A stretch of DNA of 64,000 bases from an uncultured virus (IMG/VR IMGVR_UViG_3300035188_001352) (Duplodnaviria > Heunggongvirae > Uroviricota > Caudoviricetes), in the IMG/VR virus record IMGVR_UViG_3300035188_001352, positions 1 through 64,000 of that record. One strand, given 5' to 3'. Shown here one piece after another: positions 1 through 10,327 of this stretch. The notes under the pieces were generated by a model. That model searched no databases, was not told where the DNA came from, and saw only the letters and a list, made by a program, of their open reading frames with translations. Made by a program: the position numbers and the translations under genes. Every line of letters starts with the position of its first letter. Position 1 is the stretch's first letter.

Positions 1-122
1 TCCGCAATACGAAGCTTACAACGAACTGCTTCATCCAAGAACGTCATTAACTTAGACTTGTCACTTGGGTTAGCCAAGATAGATTCAATTGATACGATTT
101 GTTTTTTCTCTTTAGCTGCCAT
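1..122 (-). CDS. Partial (runs off window) small protein, possibly T4 DsbA-like dsDNA-binding protein
   Basis: Manual translation from ATG at 122: MAAKEKKQIVSIESILANPSDKSKLMTFLDEAVRCKLRIA; the L..F..EA...KL.I pattern resembles T4 DsbA. Confidence 0.4.
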   Translation of the reverse strand, partial: MAAKEKKQIVSIESILANPSDKSKLMTFLDEAVRCKLRIA

Positions 123-190
123 ATGCCTTATGCCTTTTATGTGATGTTGAACAAAAAATTATTATACCACACTTTTATGTAGAAGTGATG

Positions 191-646
191 CTAACAAGAT
201 GTAGAAGTGTCTCGTTTGCCAGTAAAGATTGAACCCCGTACAACCGGGTCAAGATTGCTGTTGTTGATTGGGCCTTGTTGATTGACTACAAGGTAAAGTC
301 TTACGAGCTCGCCTTCAAGCCATTCGTTAGCAGGTGTAATATGAGGTAATTCACCAGAGTTAGTTTTAGGATTTGATTCCCACGCAAGTAAATGTTTCAA
401 TGAATGATTCAACTCGTTAAGGTCTGCAGCCAATTCGTTAAAAAACTTATTGCAAGAAGTAACACATTCTTTATAATCATTGAATCCATTACTTTCTATA
501 GTTGCATTAACACCATTGAATAGTTTGATAAACTCATGATGTTCAAATGAAGGTTTCTTCAATTCTAAACTAACTACAAATGAAAAGAATCTATTATCTA
601 TATCTTGTATCATTTTAATGCACCGTTCTATTAGTATCGAAATCAA
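191..646 (-). CDS. Hypothetical protein
   Basis: 151 aa ORF in a co-oriented gene run; start may be further downstream. Confidence 0.6.
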   Translation of the reverse strand: MISILIERCIKMIQDIDNRFFSFVVSLELKKPSFEHHEFIKLFNGVNATIESNGFNDYKECVTSCNKFFNELAADLNELNHSLKHLLAWESNPKTNSGELPHITPANEWLEGELVRLYLVVNQQGPINNSNLDPVVRGSIFTGKRDTSTSC

Positions 647-1106
647 TCAATTCAGCTGCTTCAGGTGTAGTTACTATATTAAGCCGTAATTGTAGTGCAT
701 GCATTTCTTCATCAGCTAATACGTAAGTTAATTGAATATAGTCATTGATAGTTAAATCTCTTTCTGTTCGAGGTAATCCATCTAATGCAATTTGAAATAG
801 GTTATCATCTTCTTCACCTAATTCTTGGAGTTCTAGTTCTTTGATTAGTTCTTCTTCCTCTTCATCGGTATCTTCGCCATATGCAACTGCTGCAGGATAG
901 AAATCAGGATTAAACTCAATAGATAAAAATTCCTGTTCTTCAGTTAGAAGCAATTCATTTATAGCTTCTTCTGCTGCTTCTATAGCAAACATATCATATT
1001 GATACTCATTTGAGATAACGGTAACCTTAAACAAGTCATCGCATGAAATTCCAGGCAATAACCGTTCAAGAAACGGTTGAAACGCTTCTATAGTATAAAA
1101 GAACAT
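615..1106 (-). CDS. Hypothetical acidic protein
   Basis: 163 aa ORF, Glu/Asp-rich, abuts the upstream gene. Confidence 0.7.
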   Translation of the reverse strand: MFFYTIEAFQPFLERLLPGISCDDLFKVTVISNEYQYDMFAIEAAEEAINELLLTEEQEFLSIEFNPDFYPAAVAYGEDTDEEEEELIKELELQELGEEDDNLFQIALDGLPRTERDLTINDYIQLTYVLADEEMHALQLRLNIVTTPEAAELIDFDTNRTVH

Positions 1107-2264
1107 TTATATTGGGCCGATGATTTTTGGATTGTTAGGAATTAACGAAGTATCATCCGTGATGACATCTGCTGATGATAACCATTCTAAGTTATCATCA
1201 GCGACATGTATTAAAGGGGCAAAGCTAACGTAAGAAATAGAATTTTTAGAAACTTCTAAAGTAATAGAGCCATTATTTGAATAAAGTCGTAAATGATAAT
1301 CTACATCTGAAAGATTATTAAAATCAACAAAAGCTGAATAAATTCTATCAATAACAGAAAATGGAGGATACGCTAATAAAAATCTAAAGTTATTCAAATC
1401 AGTGTAAATAACATTGCTTGAAAAATGATTTCCATTTGGATACAAATTCAAAATTTGATTAGCAGGTAAAGATAAAGTATCTAAACATGTATAAACATCA
1501 TAAGTATCATTTCCATATTCAATAGTAGAAACATTTGTCCATGAAGTTTGATTTTCTAAATTAGAAACTAATAAAGTATTACGAGTAAAAGTTATTGGAT
1601 TAGATAAAACAATATTTTGATTTTGATAAACTATTACTTTTACTACTGAACTAATTGAATAAGAAGTATTGAAAACTACTTGATAACCATTTTGACCATT
1701 ATAGTTTAATCTATAATCATTGATTAGCGTTCCTTCAATTAATTCAACTCCATTCAAAAAAACTTTTACAATATCTGAAGATGTAAATCGCAAAACCTTT
1801 TTACTTGATGTAGAGTCAGGGCCAGAAACAGAATTGAAAGTAGAAGAAATAAAGTATGTAAATTCATCAAAAGTATTTACTTCAGATTGTTGAGTAGCAA
1901 ACGAAATTGATAAAGAAGACGGATTGTTGTTTATTGACGGATTTTGACGTTTGACTGCTAAAGATAAAGCCAAAGAACTAGAAGATGCTAAAGTAACATA
2001 AAGATTTTGTTCAGAACTATTTATAGTTGAAGATGTTTGATTTCTACTAATTTCAAAACGAGAAATCCAATCAGGAACGCCGTCGACAGGGGCAGAAGCC
2101 AAAACATTACGCAAACTTTTAGTAGCTATAGGTAATAACTTCCCACTACAGTTCAAAGTAATTGAACATAGGTTTATGAAGCTGTGTAAAGACGAAGCCT
2201 CAACATCTTTTGTTCTATTACATGTATTGCATTTATAAGTAACGAATTTTTTATTTGCAGCCAT
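1107..2264 (-). CDS. Hypothetical protein, probable virion structural protein (beta-rich, N-terminal Cys cluster)
   Basis: 385 aa, Ser/Thr/Asn-rich, CxxC...CxxxxxC at N-terminus. Confidence 0.55.
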   Translation of the reverse strand: MAANKKFVTYKCNTCNRTKDVEASSLHSFINLCSITLNCSGKLLPIATKSLRNVLASAPVDGVPDWISRFEISRNQTSSTINSSEQNLYVTLASSSSLALSLAVKRQNPSINNNPSSLSISFATQQSEVNTFDEFTYFISSTFNSVSGPDSTSSKKVLRFTSSDIVKVFLNGVELIEGTLINDYRLNYNGQNGYQVVFNTSYSISSVVKVIVYQNQNIVLSNPITFTRNTLLVSNLENQTSWTNVSTIEYGNDTYDVYTCLDTLSLPANQILNLYPNGNHFSSNVIYTDLNNFRFLLAYPPFSVIDRIYSAFVDFNNLSDVDYHLRLYSNNGSITLEVSKNSISYVSFAPLIHVADDNLEWLSSADVITDDTSLIPNNPKIIGPI

Positions 2265-2266
2265 TA

Positions 2267-2467
2267 TTATTCTGATGGATGTATTACATAAAGGTCTTCA
2301 GGTCTTACCCATTTGAACCATAAACCTGCATCAAGAGCAGGAGTTATTTCAACTATAGTCTGCTCTTTAGCTCGCAGATTTTTGCCAATAGTTTTAACTG
2401 CCGTTCGACCAGTTTGACGGACTTCTAAACCGTCATAGACATAACATAAATCTTTATCAATTACCAT
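2267..2467 (-). CDS. Hypothetical protein
   Basis: 66 aa ORF tightly packed between neighbours. Confidence 0.6.
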   Translation of the reverse strand: MVIDKDLCYVYDGLEVRQTGRTAVKTIGKNLRAKEQTIVEITPALDAGLWFKWVRPEDLYVIHPSE

Positions 2468-3062
2468 CAGTTAAAGCCATCTCAACTAAGTCTCGCATAA
2501 ACTTTACAGCAGCAATTGTCATGAACACATCAGCCAATGCATTATGTGTATCACGGTCGCCAACTCCTGTTATTTCGAACAAGTGGTCTGATTTATATGT
2601 CACAAAATTGACAAAGCTAACACCTGCAGTATCAATCTTCACATTATGAACATGAAACATCATGTTATGTGGAACTAACATCTGACGCATAAACAATAAG
2701 TCATAATCGACATTGTGACCCATGACCATGATTTCCGGATTAGGTCCAAAATACTTCAACAAAAATTCGACAATTTGCACAACCGCATCTTCGTTAGACA
2801 GCCCGTGTTCTTCCAGATATGCTTGTGAAAGTCCGTGTATTGCTTCAGCTTCAGCAGACCATTTGTATCGGCTTGCATCAAACTTCATCTCAAGATAGAG
2901 AGAATCCACAACATCTAACGTTCGAGTGTTGAACACTGCCATACCCAAACTTAGTGCTTGATGGTCAATAGAACTATCACCGCCCCACGTTGAACCTGAA
3001 GTCTCAAAGTCAAGGCAAAGACCTAACTTAGGGGCACGAGATGTATAAAGTTGCAAAGTCAT
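2457..3062 (-). CDS. DEDDh 3'-5' exonuclease (DnaQ/RNase T-like)
   Basis: Motifs LDFETSG (ExoI), GHNVDYD (ExoII), HNALAD (ExoIII). Confidence 0.9.
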   Translation of the reverse strand: MTLQLYTSRAPKLGLCLDFETSGSTWGGDSSIDHQALSLGMAVFNTRTLDVVDSLYLEMKFDASRYKWSAEAEAIHGLSQAYLEEHGLSNEDAVVQIVEFLLKYFGPNPEIMVMGHNVDYDLLFMRQMLVPHNMMFHVHNVKIDTAGVSFVNFVTYKSDHLFEITGVGDRDTHNALADVFMTIAAVKFMRDLVEMALTDGN

Positions 3063-3113
3063 ATAAAGTTAAACCTAATAAAAGTAGTATAGGTTCAATT
3101 ATATCAGGTGTTG

Positions 3114-3743
3114 CTACGAATGTAAATGGTTCAAAAAGTCAGTAACAAGTTCAACACGTTCTGTTCTTCCTTCGCAGAAGACATCCAACTTAGCATAAAA
3201 GTTCTTAGTTGCTGGACGACGTATAGCATCACCATATAAAGTAGAATATGAAATCAGCAAGTTTTCAAATTGAGCTCTACTTTGTTCATCAGCACGATTC
3301 GGGTCAAGTTCAAATGGAATGTTTGGATGAGCATGTACGATGACTAACCCGTTGTAGATACGTTGAGCTTCAATACATCTTGCTTTGAAATCTGCAAACC
3401 AGGTACGTTGTGCTTCAGAAGTTCTATTTAGACGAGATACCCAAATCTCAGTATAAGCTGCAATATCGAAGAATGACCTTTCAGTCAAAACGAGTTTGGA
3501 ATCTTCTGCTTTAGCTAAAGCACTATCATGACTCCATTTGTATTCAAAAACTTTTTCTTGATAATCTTTCATTTTGTAGAAAGATGTCAATACTTCTTGA
3601 AGATTTTCTACACCGAGTTCTTCTTGAACAGCACGAGATACTTTGAATGTATCTACTGTAAATTGAGAATTTGCTGATAATCCCTCAAGAATTGCGGATT
3701 TTCCAGAACCGTGAGTTCCGCTAACTGCGACTAAAATTGACAT
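3114..3743 (-). CDS. P-loop nucleotide kinase / AAA_28-like protein
   Basis: Walker A SGTHGSGKS at N-terminus; LTERSFFD motif typical of dNMP/thymidylate kinase-like proteins. Confidence 0.75.
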   Translation of the reverse strand: MSILVAVSGTHGSGKSAILEGLSANSQFTVDTFKVSRAVQEELGVENLQEVLTSFYKMKDYQEKVFEYKWSHDSALAKAEDSKLVLTERSFFDIAAYTEIWVSRLNRTSEAQRTWFADFKARCIEAQRIYNGLVIVHAHPNIPFELDPNRADEQSRAQFENLLISYSTLYGDAIRRPATKNFYAKLDVFCEGRTERVELVTDFLNHLHS

Positions 3744-3776
3744 ATGAAAAGATACTCCAGAAATAAGTGTTGCGAA

Positions 3777-4214
3777 TTACATGAGAAGTGCTAAGTATAA
3801 CAAGCTCTCATCAATTGCGGTAACCCATTTAGAAGTTCCTGCAGTATTTCCTATCTGCACCATCAACATGCTTGTAGTAGTATTATACCACATTTGACCT
3901 TTTGCGATAAAAGTTGGAGCAGTTGGACCAACCTGACATGCGCAAGACTGTGAAAGTATCCAAGCTGTCCCATCCCAGACTTTCAGTTGTTTTAGCGTCT
4001 TACTGTACCATTGTTGTCCGTAAACAGGATGAAGAGGCGCAGTATCAGAAGCAAAGTTTTCAAGTATTTTCAAAAAATTTGTTTGATGTATTTGCCCATG
4101 ATTTGGAACTCCACGACCAACAAAGGTCAATGAAGTTGAAGTATCATCTGTAGTAAGCGGCGCAAGAGGTATATCTGCGACCGAAGTATCAGCATGTTTT
4201 ATTTGATAAGTCAT
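3777..4214 (-). CDS. Probable virion structural protein (tail/baseplate-associated)
   Basis: LENFA..TAP..P..GQ.WY....L.VWDG..W motif and a second GQMWYN repeat; ATAAATA late promoter at 4261-4267 (-). Confidence 0.6.
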   Translation of the reverse strand: MTYQIKHADTSVADIPLAPLTTDDTSTSLTFVGRGVPNHGQIHQTNFLKILENFASDTAPLHPVYGQQWYSKTLKQLKVWDGTAWILSQSCACQVGPTAPTFIAKGQMWYNTTTSMLMVQIGNTAGTSKWVTAIDESLLYLALLM

Positions 4215-4266
4215 GTTAATTTAGCTCCATCTATAGAAAGCGAGTATTTGAATATAATAATATTTA

Positions 4267-4683
4267 TTAATGTTGAGCCTTCGTTACAAGGCTTATCCAT
4301 TTATTCAATGCCATTTCAGGATTATGATAAAGTTCCAAATCTTCATTTGCCTCAACGATTGCAAGTTGACGTAATAGCCATTCTGCTAACTTGACTTGTT
4401 CATCATCTTTCAGACCTTTGATATCATCAAGTAATTCCTTAGGAGTTGGATTCTCATAGACATAACGAGGTTTCATTGCACTATGAGATTGTTGGAACTG
4501 AAGAATATCATTCTGCGGATTGACTGGTGAAAACTTGAACAATTGAACAAGTTGTGCAATCAGAACAGTTTGTGCAGTGTTAGTGATTTTGCCTGCGTTT
4601 CTTACTTCGTCAAGAAGCATAGTCATATGTATAGGAGTGCTTGACTCACTGATAACATGTGGTTTGATGTCGATAAGTTTCAT
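4267..4683 (-). CDS. Hypothetical protein
   Basis: 138 aa ORF with AG-rich SD upstream. Confidence 0.7.
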   Translation of the reverse strand: MKLIDIKPHVISESSTPIHMTMLLDEVRNAGKITNTAQTVLIAQLVQLFKFSPVNPQNDILQFQQSHSAMKPRYVYENPTPKELLDDIKGLKDDEQVKLAEWLLRQLAIVEANEDLELYHNPEMALNKWISLVTKAQH

Positions 4684-4757
4684 GATAGATGTTCTCTCTC
4701 TCTTTATATAAATGTTTGATTTACTATTTACACCTAAGCCATAATCTATGCAAGCTA

Positions 4758-4973
4758 AAAAACTGACAGACTATATAATTGATTTCGCTCGTGTCTAAGC
4801 AGTTGATTTTATTACTCGAAAAACTGACAGACTAAGGGTATATATTATATTCAGTTGTCTCTCTCCTCTCCTCTTCAATTTCGTTATTACTAGAAGTTGA
4901 CGTTTTTCTAAGTAGTTGATTTTATTACTAAAAATATTTATCATTATCTTCGTAACTTATTGATTTTATTACT
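4758..4973. repeat. Intergenic repeat cluster: 3 x IHF-consensus-containing repeat and 2 x AAAAACTGACAGACTA
   Basis: TTGATTTTATTACT at 4803, 4916, 4960, each within TAANNNNTTGATT (= WATCAANNNNTTR on minus strand); 16-mer at 4758 and 4819. Confidence 0.75.
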
Positions 4974-5041
4974 AGTTTTCAAACACATCATTTTCCATGA
5001 CTAATCACTCGGCAATTTTTTAAGAAAAACGAGGTTTTTCC

Positions 5042-6601
5042 TCAAAGCACCATAAAAGGTATTGCTTCATCACTTTCATCTAATGGAGTGTCAGGTCCAA
5101 AGCTATTTACCGCTGGGTTATAATCTTCGGCATTATATTCATATAACAACTTTCTAGCTTTGTCATCAAACTCACTTACATGCTTTAGCAATCTAATAAT
5201 AAGTAATAATGCAGACACACTGTCATCAGTAGCTCCAATCTTAGCGGCATAAGAACCACCTGAAGCAATAAAGTTCTTAAGTTCAAAGATATTGATTTCA
5301 GACCTTATCTCCAATCCGTTCTTTATCTTTTCAACCATAGACTTTAGTTGAAGACAAGCGAGGATTTTGTTACGATTTGTTGTTTGCATTCCTAACTTGC
5401 CAGGCACATCATTGATAAGTTCGGCATACTCAGGTGGATGTTCATCGGTATTATAAAGAGCACCAATAGCTTCACCAACTCCATTTCGTTCAAATGTCCA
5501 GAATACTTCAGGTCGTTTGTTATTCATAGTATGACTTGACATTTTGTTTAGTAACCACTTTATTCTATCATATAAGTCAGGTATGTTTAGACTATTAGTT
5601 CGAAGCTCAGCAACTTGAATAAGTGATGGAAACTCAAACACTTCAACAACACTGTAATCTCGACCCGAACCCGTTGCAATATCAACACCTACAAGATAAG
5701 CAGCATCAGCACGAATGTTTTCCCAGAAAGAAAAGCCCTTGTCAATAAAGATTGGTTGTTGATGTCTAAGTTCGATAAGACGTTGTGATTGGATAAGAAG
5801 AGCATCAGAAGAAAGGAATTCGCAATCAAGTTCTACTCGTACAACAAGTTCCCCTAGTTTTGCAAGCATTTCTTCTCGATAACCAGATTCAGGACCACGT
5901 TCAGGATGTTGAGTATAATGAGCAAAAGTATGACTAAAGCTGTTTAGACCTGCAAGACATTCTCTCCACAATCTAGCAAACAAGTCAGTATCACCATTAG
6001 GAGTAGTTGTCATAATCAACTTACCACCAGTTGAAAGAGCCGGAGCAATTGAAGCCCAAATCTTTTCTTGGATACGAGTTGAAATAAAGCTAATCTCGTC
6101 AAGCATTAGAATTGATGGTGAATTACCACGACCAGTTTTTTCTGTAGTTGCTTGTGATTTGATGATTGAACCATTGTCAAATTCGATTGATGTACGATTG
6201 TAGAACTTGACTCCAGGCTTCAACCAATTTGGAAGCTCTTCATATGCAAATTTGATTTTGGCCATGATGTCTGTAGCATGGTCCATGTTCTTAGATGCTA
6301 TCACACATGCTTGGTCATCAGTAAAAGCAGAAAGCCAAAAGATGTAGATTGCCGCAGTAGTTGTCTTACCAAGCTGGCGAGACATTAGTGCTAACGTATC
6401 TTTGTTATTGTGAATTGCTAGAATGAATTCTTCTTGATAGTCAAACAGCTCAAATAGAACCGTACCTTTAATAGCATGCTGAATTTTGACATAGTTTTTG
6501 ATGAAGTATATCGGGTCATTCATACACTTCTCAAGTTCTTGGATTTGCCAAGCTTCGTATTCAGTTTCTGTATTCGCTCGCTTTAGATAAGGATTTGCCA
6601 T
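5042..6601 (-). CDS. terL: Terminase large subunit (T4 gp17-like)
   Basis: Adenine-binding LFDYQ, Walker A SRQLGKTT, Walker B LMLDE, TTTPNG, nuclease VGVDIATG...DYS and DDSV. Confidence 0.95.
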   Translation of the reverse strand: MANPYLKRANTETEYEAWQIQELEKCMNDPIYFIKNYVKIQHAIKGTVLFELFDYQEEFILAIHNNKDTLALMSRQLGKTTTAAIYIFWLSAFTDDQACVIASKNMDHATDIMAKIKFAYEELPNWLKPGVKFYNRTSIEFDNGSIIKSQATTEKTGRGNSPSILMLDEISFISTRIQEKIWASIAPALSTGGKLIMTTTPNGDTDLFARLWRECLAGLNSFSHTFAHYTQHPERGPESGYREEMLAKLGELVVRVELDCEFLSSDALLIQSQRLIELRHQQPIFIDKGFSFWENIRADAAYLVGVDIATGSGRDYSVVEVFEFPSLIQVAELRTNSLNIPDLYDRIKWLLNKMSSHTMNNKRPEVFWTFERNGVGEAIGALYNTDEHPPEYAELINDVPGKLGMQTTNRNKILACLQLKSMVEKIKNGLEIRSEINIFELKNFIASGGSYAAKIGATDDSVSALLLIIRLLKHVSEFDDKARKLLYEYNAEDYNPAVNSFGPDTPLDESDEAIPFMVL

Positions 6602-6646
6602 ATAATATAGATATTAGAATAGTAATTAATATCTATATTTATATTC

Positions 6647-7348
6647 TTATAATTCAGCATATTCATCTAAATCCTTTTCAATTAGTTCTCGTTGACATGC
6701 AATAAAGTCTCTATTACCATTTAAATGTTTATTTAGAATACTAAGAGCTTCTTTACATGATTCACTTTCGTCATTTACATCCCCCGTAAATGCATATACA
6801 TCTGTTAAAGTTGGAATCTTTAAAAATGATAAAATAGGTCCAACATAATTAGGATTTATTCTTATTGTTTCTGCATCCAAAATATGTTTATGAATATTTG
6901 AAAAAGAAGCATTTACAAATGCCTCTAGTTGTATTTCTCCATTAGGACAATATTTTGGAAAATTCTCAAAAGATGTAATTTTACGATACTTAAAAAGATG
7001 ATATGTTATAAAAACATCCCTATAATCTGATTTACATACTAATTTTTCAGGAAAGTTTTTGAATGATTTTAATTTTTCTAAACGCTCCAAAATCATATAT
7101 TTTGCATTTCGGATTTTGAATGGGAATTCACCATTAGCATCTAACATTTCATCATAAATTATAAGAGTTCCTAACTGACAATCAACTATCCCAGATGCAG
7201 ATATTTTGAAACCGTGCAAAGAGTTTTTCTTTGGGTCATTCGGTATAAGTTCTTGACTTGCCCAATCATTTAATAGGTCTCGAATACGTTGAACGTATTC
7301 GCTATTTGAAGCCGTGTCTTCTTGTAAGTATTGTTTAAAGCTCTGCAT
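6647..7348 (-). CDS. Array family member 1 (start MQSFKQYLQE)
   Basis: Ends FIACQRELIEKDLDEYAEL; start placed at 14-bp overlap ATG. Confidence 0.9.
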   Translation of the reverse strand: MQSFKQYLQEDTASNSEYVQRIRDLLNDWASQELIPNDPKKNSLHGFKISASGIVDCQLGTLIIYDEMLDANGEFPFKIRNAKYMILERLEKLKSFKNFPEKLVCKSDYRDVFITYHLFKYRKITSFENFPKYCPNGEIQLEAFVNASFSNIHKHILDAETIRINPNYVGPILSFLKIPTLTDVYAFTGDVNDESESCKEALSILNKHLNGNRDFIACQRELIEKDLDEYAEL

Positions 7349-8009
7349 ATTCATCTAAATCCTTTTCAATTAGTTCTCGTTGACAAGCTACAACATTTCT
7401 ATCACCATCTAAATGTGTTCTGACAATTCGAATGGCCTCATTTAATTTATCGTATTTTGCTAATCTAATACTATTAGAAGAAAACCAAACTTGAGTTGGA
7501 TGAGGTATTTGTAATAATCCTAATAACCCTCCATTAAAATACTCCATTTGATAAATGTGAATCGCATCACATTTTACTAGCTTTTTGATATTTGTAAAAA
7601 CTGTATCAACTTGAACATTGATAGACAATAAATGACAAACTACTTGAAATGGAAGTAATCTATTCAATCCTATATTACAATTAGCCGAAAACTTATGATG
7701 ATTAATGACATGCGCAAAGTTCATTTTATACTCAGAGCAAACTGCTTCCATAATCTTACCATGCAAATCAAACTGAGCTTTTTCAGATTTCAACCAATTA
7801 CTATCAGGGTCTATAATAACTACAACAAAACCTTCAGTGCTTACATCTTGAAGTGAAAACTTAAAGCCTTTCAACACTGGTGAGACTATACCACGAACTT
7901 TTGCTGAAGTTATGTCTGTTATAGGATTTCCTGGAAAGTAATAACAACATTCAAGATAAACTGAATTCTGAGTTTCACCTTCTTGCAAGTATTGTTTAAA
8001 ATTCTGCAT
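7335..8009 (-). CDS. Array family member 2 (MQNFKQYLQE)
   Basis: Ends VVACQRELIEKDLDEYAEL; body similar to 15233..15904. Confidence 0.9.
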   Translation of the reverse strand: MQNFKQYLQEGETQNSVYLECCYYFPGNPITDITSAKVRGIVSPVLKGFKFSLQDVSTEGFVVVIIDPDSNWLKSEKAQFDLHGKIMEAVCSEYKMNFAHVINHHKFSANCNIGLNRLLPFQVVCHLLSINVQVDTVFTNIKKLVKCDAIHIYQMEYFNGGLLGLLQIPHPTQVWFSSNSIRLAKYDKLNEAIRIVRTHLDGDRNVVACQRELIEKDLDEYAEL

Positions 8010-8664
8010 ATTCGTCTAAATCACGTTCAATTAGTTCTCGTTGACAAGCTACAACATTTTGACGTTCAGGATTCAAATGCTTATTGATAACATACATCCA
8101 ATGCAATTCATGATAATCTGATGTTGATAAGTTGATTGCTTTACCTTTCTTAGCTAACCTAATAATGCCTAATGCCTTTCCGGTAACGTTTTCACAATTA
8201 CGAATATATAAGTTTCTAAAAGAAGATATAATTTTATCAATTCCGGATAATGAAGATTTATTTTCTACATTTACATAAACAGTATCATATGAAATTGGAA
8301 TTGAAAGTTTAGGAACCTCATGTGAAAAGAATAGATTAACATGGTGGTCTTCATGATTTTCTCGATAGTTAGAAGAATCACCTGCAAATTCATTCAATAC
8401 GTCTAAAACATTTTCACGATAATTATCAAAAGCATCAACATTTTTATCTTCAATCAATAATTTAATAGAAAATGAAATAGTACTAACTAATATAATACTA
8501 TCAGTTCCAGTCTTTTCATTGATAAGTTTTTTGAACTGTTGCAAATTTGCTTTCATCTTCTTACATAAGTCAGTCAATCCGCTAAATTCTAATGTAAGCT
8601 CTATCATATGATTTTGTTTTAACTTTGGAATAGCTTCGTGTTCAAATAGTTCTTTTACTTTCAT
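7996..8664 (-). CDS. Array family member 3 (MKVKELFE)
   Basis: Ends VVACQRELIERDLDEYAEF; body similar to 11237..11872. Confidence 0.9.
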   Translation of the reverse strand: MKVKELFEHEAIPKLKQNHMIELTLEFSGLTDLCKKMKANLQQFKKLINEKTGTDSIILVSTISFSIKLLIEDKNVDAFDNYRENVLDVLNEFAGDSSNYRENHEDHHVNLFFSHEVPKLSIPISYDTVYVNVENKSSLSGIDKIISSFRNLYIRNCENVTGKALGIIRLAKKGKAINLSTSDYHELHWMYVINKHLNPERQNVVACQRELIERDLDEYAEF

Positions 8665-9602
8665 TAAAACTCCGCGTACTCGTCTAGGTCGTTTTCAATT
8701 AGATCACGTTGGCACGCAATCCTGTTGCGCCCTGCAAATATATGTTTAGTTAGAATTTTACCTAAGATAAGATCAACTTCTTGTGGTGGTTTTGTTTGTC
8801 GAACACCTTGTTCTAATCCTTTAATTTTCAAAATAGAAAGAACACCACTTTTAATAGTTGGGTCAAATTGTAACATGATGCCTATTCTTTTTACTAACTT
8901 ATCTAAATTGTCAAAAGAAGTAATTTTTGCATTACGATAAATTTGTAGATTACCATCAATATCAGAAGCAATATGTTCTAATGATGATAAGTTTTTATTA
9001 TCCCATATAGCTAAATTTGTTAATTTAGATGGACAACCTTCTAAAGATATTAGATTTTCATTGTCACTTATCATCAAATGTTCAATTGTTGGCGGACAAC
9101 CTTTTAGGGAACGAATTGAAGATTTAAGAACATTGAGATAAATTGTATCTTTTGGGAATTCAATTTGAGTTAAGTCAGGGCCCATTTCTCCAGATAATAT
9201 AATTGTTTTATTTTCTTCTTTCTTAGCTAATTTTTTTTCAGCTATGTCTTTCAGCTTTTTTAAACAGTTGATATAACGAACATATAGATTAGGAACGGGA
9301 ATAGGCGAATTCATCTTAGTGGCTCTATCAGCATGTGCTGCCTGAGCTCTTATCTGTCCATTAGAATAAATCGAATAATCCATAGTTCCATTTTTCAACT
9401 TGAATGTTAAAGTTCCGTTTTTTAGTTTTATAGCAGAACTGATATCAAATGTTTTTGAAAGTATTTCTTTATATTCGTTTGATTGTTTGACTTTATTTAG
9501 AGTATCAGCTAAATCAACCGGGTCAATAGGCGGCAAATCTTTAACAGCAGGTATCGAAACACCGGCTTCTTTTAGTAATGGAAATAGTTCATTTAGTTTC
9601 AT
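8664..9602 (-). CDS. Array family member 4, LRR-containing (MKLNELFPLLKE)
   Basis: Repeats SLKGCP / SLEGCP / SLEHIA / SFDNL; ends IACQRDLIENDLDEYAEF. Confidence 0.9.
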   Translation of the reverse strand: MKLNELFPLLKEAGVSIPAVKDLPPIDPVDLADTLNKVKQSNEYKEILSKTFDISSAIKLKNGTLTFKLKNGTMDYSIYSNGQIRAQAAHADRATKMNSPIPVPNLYVRYINCLKKLKDIAEKKLAKKEENKTIILSGEMGPDLTQIEFPKDTIYLNVLKSSIRSLKGCPPTIEHLMISDNENLISLEGCPSKLTNLAIWDNKNLSSLEHIASDIDGNLQIYRNAKITSFDNLDKLVKRIGIMLQFDPTIKSGVLSILKIKGLEQGVRQTKPPQEVDLILGKILTKHIFAGRNRIACQRDLIENDLDEYAEF

Positions 9603-10327
9603 TAAAACTCCGCGTAATCGTCTAGATTATTTTCAATTAGTTCTCGTTGGCAGGCAATAGCATTTTTTTCGTCTGTTTGTAAATGGTTATAGACTATTCC
9701 AATTGCTTGGCGAAGTTCATTAGAGTATTTAGCTCTTTCAGTTGCTGGATATGAAATAGTTCTCAATCCTGGTATCTTTAGCAAGCCTAATATAGAATTA
9801 GTCAAAGTATGCGGAACGACAATTTCACCATCACCTTGTCTATTAGGTCTTATTTCTTTGATGACTTTGTGAATGCCACTCAAAGAAGTAATACCAGTTC
9901 CACGAAGTATATATGAAGAAGCTCTTTCAGGAAAATAATCAAGTGATGTGATTTCTGGATTGTTGCTAATGCTAAAACGACCACCCACGATTTTAGGACA
10001 TCCTTTCAAAGAACCTAAACTACAATTTGCTATAAAGAAGTTCCTTTCTATTTGTCCAAACTGACATGGCAAATAACGAAGATGAGTTGAACCATTAATA
10101 CGTGGCAAACATTCTTCATCACCAGATAATAACACAGCCGTAGCATTTACAATACCATAATCATACTTTGCATTTTCAAAGTTGCCAGGGTCTAAATCTT
10201 CAATGTTATACTTCTTTAGAACTCGATGACCATTTCTAGTAATCCAGTCGATAATATCTTCTTCCGGCCAAAAGTCGAAATCGTTGTTAGCCTGTTCTTT
10301 TAATAAGTATTGTCTAAAACTCTGCAT
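9602..10327 (-). CDS. Array family member 5, LRR-like (MQSFRQYLLKE)
   Basis: SLKGCP / SLDYFP / SLSGI repeats; ends IACQRELIENNLDDYAEF; start at 14-bp overlap. Confidence 0.9.
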   Translation of the reverse strand: MQSFRQYLLKEQANNDFDFWPEEDIIDWITRNGHRVLKKYNIEDLDPGNFENAKYDYGIVNATAVLLSGDEECLPRINGSTHLRYLPCQFGQIERNFFIANCSLGSLKGCPKIVGGRFSISNNPEITSLDYFPERASSYILRGTGITSLSGIHKVIKEIRPNRQGDGEIVVPHTLTNSILGLLKIPGLRTISYPATERAKYSNELRQAIGIVYNHLQTDEKNAIACQRELIENNLDDYAEF

